Part shown: in pieces, positions 56,908 to 64,000 of the stretch
Numbering within the stretch: position 1 is the stretch's first letter
Layout of the letters: the number at the start of each line of letters is the position of its first letter
Assembly: GCA_964583615.1 (NCBI GenBank)
Contig: CAZOWM010000013.1
Span: forward strand, 6,237-70,236
Origin: an uncultured Spirochaetota bacterium
Lineage (GTDB): Bacteria > Spirochaetota > B62-G9 > DRHN01
Direction of reading: 5' to 3'
DNA length: 64,000 nucleotides
Notes under the pieces: model-generated
Databases searched by the model: none
Seen by the model: the letters and a program-made list of their open reading frames with translations, nothing else
What the model was told of the DNA's origin: nothing
Translations under genes and position numbers: made by a program

Positions 56908-57984
56908 TCATTCCTTCTGCCTCTTTTCCATAATTTCGGCTCGGACCCTCGGATAAAGCTCCCGAAAGTGTTCCCTCACATATTCGAGCAGTTTTTCTCT
57001 GATTTCACATCTGAGATTCCACGCGTCTGAGGCGTTTCGGCCACTCATCAAAGCCCGAAGCTCAACCGTTTTATCAGTGAGATTCGTTACCTGAAGATTC
57101 CACACTTCTCCATCCCAGTAACTGCTCTGCTGCAGTAAACGGTGCAGTTCCTCCCTTACCTGCTGCACCGACACCGTATAATCAGCATAGAGGTACACTG
57201 TTCCGAGAATATCTGCTGAGGTCCTCGTCCAGTTCTGAAAGGATTTTTCGGTAAAATAGGTGATCGGAACGACAAGACGCCGCATGTCCCAGATTCTCAC
57301 TACCACGTACGTCAGTGTTATCTCCTCGATTCTTCCCCATTCGTTTTCCACTATGACAACGTCGTCAATGCGTATGGGCTGGGTAATCGCAATCTGCAGA
57401 CCAGCGATAAATGTGGAGAGGGTGCGCTGGGCTGCGAATCCGAGCACAATTCCTGCAACTCCTGCAGAGGCGAGAAGTGTGGCGCCGAGCTGTCTCACTT
57501 CTTTGAAGCTCATCAGTATCACAGCAAGGGCAAGCACTCCTACGCCAATCATAAACACTCTTTTGAAAAACTGAACCTGCGTGTAGATTTTTCGGGCCTG
57601 GAGATTGTCTTTCTCATCTATTTTGTAACGGCTCAATATGAGATCTTCAAAAATGTTCGCGCTCCTGATTATAAGCCACGCGACTTCACCCACGAGAACG
57701 ATTTTTAAAATCTGTTTAATGTATTCGAGCGCCTCAGGAGTTATGTGCGTGAAACTAAGGAAGGGGAAAAGCGAAATAACAGGAAAAATCCATTTCAAAG
57801 GACCAAAAAGGTGAGCTCTGACAGAGGTAAAAAACATCTGCTTTGTTTTTTTTTCGAAGCGTCTGTACAGAAAGGAGAACACATAAAATGTAAGGATACC
57901 CACGCCGACCCCTGCCAAAACCAGACCGAGCGTGTACCCGGCTTCTCTGAGCACAGTAAGAGATTGCTCCATGAATGATTCCAT
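56908..57984 (-). CDS. Mechanosensitive ion channel (MscS family)
   Basis: N-terminal TM helices and MscS beta-domain (…IAGLQIAITQPIRIDDVVIVENEWGRIEEITLTYVVVR…). Confidence 0.85.
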   Translation of the reverse strand: MESFMEQSLTVLREAGYTLGLVLAGVGVGILTFYVFSFLYRRFEKKTKQMFFTSVRAHLFGPLKWIFPVISLFPFLSFTHITPEALEYIKQILKIVLVGEVAWLIIRSANIFEDLILSRYKIDEKDNLQARKIYTQVQFFKRVFMIGVGVLALAVILMSFKEVRQLGATLLASAGVAGIVLGFAAQRTLSTFIAGLQIAITQPIRIDDVVIVENEWGRIEEITLTYVVVRIWDMRRLVVPITYFTEKSFQNWTRTSADILGTVYLYADYTVSVQQVREELHRLLQQSSYWDGEVWNLQVTNLTDKTVELRALMSGRNASDAWNLRCEIREKLLEYVREHFRELYPRVRAEIMEKRQKE

Positions 57985-57989
57985 TCTGC

Positions 57990-58796
57990 TTACCTCCGTG
58001 AGGAGAGGTTTTTACTTATCTCAAGAAGTTTTTCTCGCAGTTTTGGGATTCTGTACGAAGCAACGCTGAAATATCGCAAACCGAGAGCTGTAAGCTTTTC
58101 CGTGTACTCCGTGTCTCCAGCAAGCTCTCCACAGAGGCTGCACTCTATTCCGGCCTGCTCCGCGCTCTCGACAATAGATCGAATGCTATCGAGAATGATT
58201 TCAGAACCCGCATCGTAGTACTCGGAGACTTCCATTTTTTCCCTGTCTGCAGCCATGGTGTACTTGATGAGGTCATTTGTTCCGATACTCAGAAAATCTG
58301 ACTGCTCGATGATGCTTTTTATGGTGAGAACAGCTGCAGGTGTCTCTATCATTGCACCGAGTGGAACCTTGTCGCTGTAGTTCACACCCTTTTTTTTGAG
58401 CTTATCGCACACGATTTCAGCTATTTGCCTCACCTGTATCATTTCTTCAGAAAGAGAGACCATGGGGGAACGAGAATTCTGATATTGAACTCACATGCCA
58501 GCCTGAAGAGCGCTGAAATCTCTGTCCACTCTTTTCTGCATTTCCTGTATTTCAGATTTTACCTTTTCTATTGCCTCATGAACACGAATGATCTCCTCTT
58601 TCACCTCCTTATCTCCAAGGTGGTAGCGCGGCACCTCGCGGCTGAGAATATCTTTGTAGTGAAAAAGCCTCCCTGCCGCAATACCGGGAGACACCATTAT
58701 CCCTTTGAGACCGAGTCTTGTATCTGCATTGTTCACATTGCGGTTTTTCTGTATCATGAAAGAACGCCTTTCCGTTTCGGTGCCTCTTTTTTTCAA
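57990..58796 (-). pseudogene. ptsI: Degenerate ptsI (PTS enzyme I) remnant: N-terminal about 75 aa and C-terminal about 150 aa of EI joined in frame, with internal TGA and loss of about 340 aa
   Basis: Upstream part GIMVSPGIAAGRL… matches the EI N-terminus. Downstream part …MIETPAAVLT…FLSIGTNDLIKYTMAADR…CGELAG… matches the EI C-terminal PEP-binding barrel. The two ORFs share a frame, separated by TGA at 58491..58493 (plus-strand tca). Phosphohistidine domain and most of the barrel are absent. No HPr or EII genes nearby. Confidence 0.6.
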
Positions 58797-58855
58797 AATC
58801 GGGAAACGCCCATTCTCACCACGTGTCTTTGAGTTTTAAGAAAAGAAAGAGCGCA

Positions 58856-61060
58856 CTATCGTTCCGTCATATCCACCATGAGCTTTCGTACGTTTTCCAC
58901 ATCGGGAATATTGAACTTCGCCTTTGTGACGCCCAGCCCTACTTTTATCGAGTACGCGTTGGGACCGAGCACTTCGAACGCATCTTCATCGGTCACGTCA
59001 TCCCCCACAGCCATGATGAAATCCCATTTGGATCTCTGCACCCAGTGAAGCACCGCAGTACCCTTGTTGATTCCCGCTGTTTTCACCTCGATTACCCTGT
59101 TTCCTTCGAGTATTCCGAGATTGAGATTTTCCGTCAGTTTGATCAACGTCTCCTTGAGCTCGTTGACACGCAACTCAGCAAGGTCGGGATCCGCCCTTCT
59201 GTAGTGCCATACGAGTGAATAACTCTTTTCCTCGATAAACGATCCAGGAGTTCTCTCCATATACAGTTCGAACACCGGCCGGATCTCTTCCTTCCATTCT
59301 TCTCTCAGCGGTTCGATTTCATACCAGTCCCCCTCCTTCTCCTGCAACCACGCGCCGTGCTCGGCAATCATCCCTACTTTGAGACCGCAAAACCAGCGAG
59401 ACATCATCTCCTTGTCCCTCCCGCTCATAATCACGAGCTCGTTTTTCTCCGATTCTGACAGCCGTTCGAAAAGAGACTGAATAATTTTATCGGGTGCCGC
59501 TTTGTCAGGTTTGATAGTGAATGGCATGACCGTACCATCATAATCAAAAAACAGCAGCCTCCGTGATGCGCGCTTATAGTTCTCCAGAAGCTTCCTCTTC
59601 AATAAAGGGGTCAATCTTCTTTCGGTGAATTGCTTCTGCTGTTCATAGGCTGTGTCGAGACGCTCGATGAAATCCTGGGCCCATCTGACCACATTGTAGC
59701 GTTTCAGCCGATCCTGCATGGTTTTGTTGAGTTTTCTCTGTTCTTCCCGGGGGAGTTCGAGCGCATCCTTCAGGCAATGCGACACCTGATCGATGTTGTT
59801 CGGGTTGACGATAAATGCCTCGCTGAGCTCGTGAACTGCTCCAGCCATACCGCTGAGTATAAGGCTTCCTCCACCTTCCGCTCTTGCCGCAATATATTCC
59901 TTTGCAATAAGATTCATTCCGTCCCGCAGAGGAGTTACCAGCCCCACTTCCGAAAGAGCATAGAGAGCGCTGAGTGTGTGAAAGGGAAGAGACCGGTACA
60001 GATACCATACAGGCATCCAACCGATTTTTCCATACTTTCCATTGATTCTCCCAACCTGCTCGTCGAGTTCCTTTTTCAGTTGAATATAAGTATCGACCCC
60101 GGTCCGGGAGGGAACTGCCACGAGTATAAGCGTTACTTTCCCGTGGAATTTCGGGTTAGTCCGGAGAAAGTGATCGAATGCCTTCAGACGCTGCAGAATA
60201 CCCTTGGTGTAGTCCAGTCGGTCCACAGAAAGGATAGCACGCTGATCTCCGAGCTTTTTTTTGATTCTCTCTATTTCCTTTATCACCTTCTGATCCTTAA
60301 GAGCTCCTGCATATCGTTCGAAGTCGATTCCCATGGGAAACACATCCGCCCGTACCAGCCTGTTCGCGGCAAGAATCCGGCCGAGTGTATGCTCATAGCC
60401 GAGGAGGCGTCTCACACTGCTCAGGAAGTGACGCACATAATCAAAGGTGTGAAAACCGACAAGATCTGCTCCGAGGAGCCCTTCGAGAATCTCCTTTCTC
60501 CACGGCAGGAGTCGGAATATCTCAAAAGAGGGAAAAGGGATGTGAAGAAAGAACCCTATTTTCGCTTTCGGCAGCCTTTCCCGAATGAGGTTTGGTAGTA
60601 AAAGCAGCTGATAATCGTGCACCCAGATGGTATCCTCTGGGCCGGCGTGTTTCAGTACAGCCTCGCAATACTTTTCATTTACTCTCACATAAGACTGCCA
60701 GAAACTCTTTTCATATACTGTGTAGTTGGGAAAATAGTGAAAAAGGGGCCAGATCGTTTTGTTACAGAATCCGTAATAGAAAAGTTTCACCTCCGAGTTG
60801 TTGAGGTACAGCGAATCGCATCGATACTCATTTAAGAGTGTGGACTCGATTTCTTTTCTTTCATCCTGCGTCAAGCTCTCTTTAGGAAGCCCGCACCATC
60901 CTGTCCACAGGCTGTTATAGGAATGATAAAACGAGCCAAGGCCTGTGGCAAGCCCGCCCATACTCTGCTTGTACGATATGGTTCCCCTTTTCTTCTCAAC
61001 GGTAACAGGGAGCCTGTTCGAAACGAAAATCAACTTTTTGTGCATCTCATATGTCTCCAA
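58856..61060 (-). CDS. otsA: Bifunctional trehalose-6-phosphate synthase / trehalose-6-phosphatase (OtsA-OtsB fusion)
   Basis: GT20 TPS domain (about 470 aa) followed by HAD-type TPP domain with DxD motif (LLFFDYDGTVMP). Confidence 0.9.
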   Translation of the reverse strand: METYEMHKKLIFVSNRLPVTVEKKRGTISYKQSMGGLATGLGSFYHSYNSLWTGWCGLPKESLTQDERKEIESTLLNEYRCDSLYLNNSEVKLFYYGFCNKTIWPLFHYFPNYTVYEKSFWQSYVRVNEKYCEAVLKHAGPEDTIWVHDYQLLLLPNLIRERLPKAKIGFFLHIPFPSFEIFRLLPWRKEILEGLLGADLVGFHTFDYVRHFLSSVRRLLGYEHTLGRILAANRLVRADVFPMGIDFERYAGALKDQKVIKEIERIKKKLGDQRAILSVDRLDYTKGILQRLKAFDHFLRTNPKFHGKVTLILVAVPSRTGVDTYIQLKKELDEQVGRINGKYGKIGWMPVWYLYRSLPFHTLSALYALSEVGLVTPLRDGMNLIAKEYIAARAEGGGSLILSGMAGAVHELSEAFIVNPNNIDQVSHCLKDALELPREEQRKLNKTMQDRLKRYNVVRWAQDFIERLDTAYEQQKQFTERRLTPLLKRKLLENYKRASRRLLFFDYDGTVMPFTIKPDKAAPDKIIQSLFERLSESEKNELVIMSGRDKEMMSRWFCGLKVGMIAEHGAWLQEKEGDWYEIEPLREEWKEEIRPVFELYMERTPGSFIEEKSYSLVWHYRRADPDLAELRVNELKETLIKLTENLNLGILEGNRVIEVKTAGINKGTAVLHWVQRSKWDFIMAVGDDVTDEDAFEVLGPNAYSIKVGLGVTKAKFNIPDVENVRKLMVDMTER

Positions 61061-61066
61061 GCTCCT

Positions 61067-61495
61067 TTACAGAATTTCCACGAGCTGTATCTCAAAGGTA
61101 AGGTCCTTTCCTGCCAGCGGATGGTTTGCATCAAGGGTAACCCGAGCATCTGTGACATCGGTCACTCTGCATATATCTGATTGCCCATCAGGGTGTTCGA
61201 GCTTCAATTTCTGTCCGACATGCGGCTCGATATGAGAGGGGATCCTGTCCCTTTCCACGTGCAGAACTTTTGCGTCGACATGGGGACCATACGCTTTTTC
61301 TGCAGGAACCTCTATTGTTTTTTGGTCACCCGTCTGCATACCGATGACAGCGTCTTCGAAACCTGCTATCACCATCCCCTTGCCGATGTCGAACTGTAAT
61401 GGTTTTTCCTCTTTTGACGAATCGAATATATTCCCGTCACCAAGCTTTCCTGTATAGTGGACTTTTACCCTGTCGCCTTTTTTTGCTTTTGGCAT
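61067..61495 (-). CDS. FKBP-type peptidyl-prolyl cis-trans isomerase (SlyD-like)
   Basis: VKVHYTGKLGDGNIFDSS FKBP core with inserted flap (IF) domain. 142 aa. Confidence 0.85.
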   Translation of the reverse strand: MPKAKKGDRVKVHYTGKLGDGNIFDSSKEEKPLQFDIGKGMVIAGFEDAVIGMQTGDQKTIEVPAEKAYGPHVDAKVLHVERDRIPSHIEPHVGQKLKLEHPDGQSDICRVTDVTDARVTLDANHPLAGKDLTFEIQLVEIL

Positions 61496-61548
61496 AAAAC
61501 CTCCTTAAAATAAGATAAAACGTATATGAAATCCCGTGCACGCGTCTT

Positions 61549-62097
61549 TCAGCTTTCGCGCTTTACATATGGTGGGCTCTGGTTTCCATCTTCATTGAGG
61601 AACTCGATCACTTCATCCGCGGTTGCAGAAAAGGAACCGCTGATGAGTACAGGTTTCGATTCGATCTCCTTCGCCTTCATCATTGCGGCAATTCTTTGTA
61701 TAGATGAAAGGATCAGTGTTTGTTCCCAGTCCTGGAGTTTATTGAACTCTTCCACAAAGGTTTCCTGAAAAAGAGATGGATTCGATTTCAATTTCTCGCA
61801 TCCCTCAATGGTAAGACGGACTATTACCCTGCGCTTGTCCCGATCGCTTCGATTTCTCAACACGTACCTGAGTTTCTCGAGCCTGTCGAGAATACTCGTC
61901 ACCGTGGCCTGACTCAGGCTAATACTTTTTGCCAGATCGCCTATTGCACATTCTCCCAGGCGGGATATTTCCCTCAGCACGATGAGCTGGGGCCCGGTGA
62001 GCCCGTAATTTTTTGCAAGGTATTTCGAATACTGGTCTATTGCACTTATGATCTGACGAAGCGCGCTCAGAACCTGCTCACTGGTATCCCGATGCAT
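61549..62097 (-). CDS. MarR-family transcriptional regulator
   Basis: Winged-HTH MarR region (LTGPQLIVLREISRLGECAIGDLAKSISLSQATVTSILDRLEKLRYV…RDKRRV) plus about 60-aa C-terminal tail. Confidence 0.75.
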   Translation of the reverse strand: MHRDTSEQVLSALRQIISAIDQYSKYLAKNYGLTGPQLIVLREISRLGECAIGDLAKSISLSQATVTSILDRLEKLRYVLRNRSDRDKRRVIVRLTIEGCEKLKSNPSLFQETFVEEFNKLQDWEQTLILSSIQRIAAMMKAKEIESKPVLISGSFSATADEVIEFLNEDGNQSPPYVKRES

Positions 62098-62398
62098 TTT
62101 TCCACCATATATTTTTAATTATAAAATATAGTATTATAAGTATTTTTTCAAGTAAAATTGGATAAAAAAGACATAAAAATATTTAAATCAATATATATAT
62201 TGAAGTTAATCATTTATATTATTTATTTTATTATTTCGTATTATATACTATTTTTGATATTTATCAGATAACTCATTCGAGTTCAATATATTTTATCGTT
62301 TTCTTGTTCGGAATCTCGAAGTGTAGAGTACAGCAGTGTCCGAGTGCATTCATAAATATTGACAATGATCAGCGTAAATGATACAGTACGACAGACAC

Positions 62399-63481
62399 AT
62401 GTGTGACTCACAAACCTATCGAATACTTGTAATCAATCCAGGCTCGACTTCCACGAAGCTTTCCTTTTTTGAGCAGGAAACAGAGGTTTCACGGGAAAAT
62501 GTGGTCCACCCCTCCGAAGAACTGAAAAAGTACACCAGCATCGTTGACCAGATGAGCTACAGGCTCGAATACATCAAGCGTTTCATCGATAATAACGGCA
62601 TCGGAAAATCAAAACTCGATGCCGTTGTGGGCAGGGGGGGGCTTCTCAAACCAATTCCAAGCGGCGTGTATCGGGTGAACAGTCAAATGCTTGAGGATCT
62701 AAAAAATGCTCGGTTCGGAGAACACGCGAGTAATCTTGGAGGTATTCTCGCCTACGAGCTCGCGCGGGAGCTAAAATGCAGTGCATTCATCATGGACCCG
62801 GTTGTGGTCGATGAGATGGAAGACGTCGCCCGGTTATCCGGCATGCCCGAACTCGAAAGAAGAAGCATATTTCATGCACTCAACCAGAAGTCAGCGGCAA
62901 AGGAGATTGCACGCACCATCGGAAAACCATACGCTGAGTGCAACCTCATCGTTGCACACATGGGGGGCGGAATTTCTGTCGGCGCTCACCGCAAAGGCAG
63001 GGTTGTTGACGTGAACAACGCCCTCGATGGAGATGGCCCCTTCTCTCCCGAACGAAGTGGAGGGCTCCCCGCCGGGCAGCTTGTGCGTCTGTGCTTTGAG
63101 GGAACCTGCATGAAAGAAGAAATACTGAATAAAATCAACGGAAGAGGGGGGGTCGTCGCCTATAGGGGAACGAACAATTTCAGCGATGTAAGCCGCGACG
63201 TGAAAGCAGGTGATCCGCACGCTTTGCTCATCTACGATGCAATGGCATATCAGATCAGCCAGGAGATCTGCAAGCACGGGGCAACACTCAAGGGTGAAGT
63301 CGACCGTATCATTCTCACGGGCGGTATGGCACAGGATGAAGACTTTGTCGAAAGAATCCGCGCCCGGGTTTTCCATCTCGCTCCCGTAGACGTCGTCCCG
63401 GGTGAGAGAGAGATGTATGCGCTCGCACGCGGGGCGCTTTCAGTACTCCGTCATGAGGAGGAGGAACAGGAGTACCGATAA
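62399..63481 (+). CDS. buk: Butyrate kinase
   Basis: YRILVINPGSTSTK N-terminus and ASKHG-fold motifs typical of Buk. Start set at the ATG at 62399 because a TTGACA-N17-TACAGT promoter (62359..62387) would exclude the upstream ATG at 62378. The transcript may be near-leaderless. Confidence 0.85.
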   Translation: MCDSQTYRILVINPGSTSTKLSFFEQETEVSRENVVHPSEELKKYTSIVDQMSYRLEYIKRFIDNNGIGKSKLDAVVGRGGLLKPIPSGVYRVNSQMLEDLKNARFGEHASNLGGILAYELARELKCSAFIMDPVVVDEMEDVARLSGMPELERRSIFHALNQKSAAKEIARTIGKPYAECNLIVAHMGGGISVGAHRKGRVVDVNNALDGDGPFSPERSGGLPAGQLVRLCFEGTCMKEEILNKINGRGGVVAYRGTNNFSDVSRDVKAGDPHALLIYDAMAYQISQEICKHGATLKGEVDRIILTGGMAQDEDFVERIRARVFHLAPVDVVPGEREMYALARGALSVLRHEEEEQEYR

Positions 63482-63550
63482 TTCCTGAAAAGAGGATTAA
63501 AAAAAGCTGCTGTCCGCCCGATGTGATACTCTAAATAGAGAAAAGAAAAA

Positions 63551-64000
63551 TGCAGGAAAGGATACACAGTTCATTTCAGAAACAGTGGATCAAAAATATC
63601 AAAAAAATACTCGCACATGCCTTCATGGAAGGGAGAAAAAATCTCTATGAGCACGAAGTCTATCAGATTCTCCGGGAGATCGGTATACATACTCCCGCAT
63701 ACTGCTTTATCAGAAGCGAAAAAGAAATAACCAACCAGACCTTATCGATTTTCGGAAGCGGGAAAATCGTACTCAAGGTGGTCTCCCCACAAATCATTCA
63801 CAAGCAGAAATCCGGCGGAGTGAGGGTGGTGTTCAAGGACCTTGATTTTGTAAAATACTCGCTCACACAGATGAAGTCTTTTTTTTCGGATAAGGGAACC
63901 GAGGTTGCTGGAATTCTTCTTGTGGAGTACATCGACTACTCGAAAGACCTCGGAAACGAGATCCTTCTCGGTTTCAGAGAGAGTGAGTCTTTCGGCCCGG
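63551..64000 (+). CDS. N-terminal part (ATP-grasp/CoA-binding region) of an ADP-forming acetyl-CoA synthetase / acetate--CoA ligase family protein; 3' end outside the window
   Basis: Open frame from ATG 63551 to the window end: …HEVYQILREIGIHTP…GKIVLKVVSPQIIHKQKSGGVRV… matches the conserved N-terminus of ACS(ADP-forming)/Pat-type ATP-grasp domains. Confidence 0.5.

Noticed and set aside
8761-58493. Idea that TGA might be a sense codon (recoding or selenocysteine), because two genes, the candidate endonuclease and the ptsI remnant, carry in-frame TGA
   Set aside because: TGA terminates well-conserved genes at their expected C-termini, for example mnmA at 1334-1336. No SECIS-like context was noted. 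Both cases coincide with other signs of decay: an orphaned restriction-modification cassette and a large internal deletion.
59630-60598. 322-aa plus-strand ORF inside otsA-otsB
   Set aside because: Antisense to a clearly conserved GT20/HAD fusion. No motifs.
62098-62377. AT-rich region considered as a replication-origin fragment with DnaA boxes
   Set aside because: No TTATNCACA-like boxes, and no dnaA, dnaN or gidA nearby. It is better explained as a divergent promoter/operator region.

Overview
This 64-kb window is a gene-dense bacterial chromosomal segment of roughly 50% GC, with about 62 protein-coding genes. The content suggests an anaerobe: it carries a complete rnfCDGEAB cluster, butyrate kinase, an ADP-forming acetyl-CoA synthetase-like ATP-grasp gene, two radical SAM/SPASM enzymes, proBA, and an otsA-otsB fusion. 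One clearly foreign, AT-rich segment of about 2.4 kb (approx. 7990-10460) holds a beta-class SPPY DNA methyltransferase fused to a catalytically dead SNase-like domain. Directly downstream of it sits a small candidate restriction-endonuclease gene interrupted by one in-frame TGA, so the locus looks like an orphaned restriction-modification cassette. Other notable items: (1) a 391-aa protein whose core is an unmistakable thymidine-kinase fold (P-loop GPMGSGKT, IIDEANFF, GG..Y zinc-ribbon region) with N- and C-terminal extensions, in an operon with an FGGY sugar kinase; (2) two paralogous radical SAM/twitch-SPASM enzymes with about 110-aa N-terminal extensions, 21 kb apart, both behind TTGAC-N17/18-TGGTAGTAT promoters whose -10 boxes are overlapped by AGTAT..ATACT inverted repeats (one a perfect 20-bp palindrome), one preceded by a ribbon-helix-helix gene; (3) a thiol peroxidase (Tpx) fused to pterin-4a-carbinolamine dehydratase; (4) a 982-aa HExxH metalloprotease + PD40 propeller + C-terminal beta-barrel protein; (5) a gutted ptsI remnant (EI N- and C-termini only, joined across an in-frame TGA); (6) a frameshifted APH/CotS-like kinase; (7) an orphan AmmeMemoRadiSam protein B; (8) an Rrf2-mnmA-fdhD sulfur-relay cluster with no formate dehydrogenase. 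No rRNA, tRNA, CRISPR array, transposase or integrase was recognised. Promoter, operator and terminator calls are consensus-based inferences from the sequence only.
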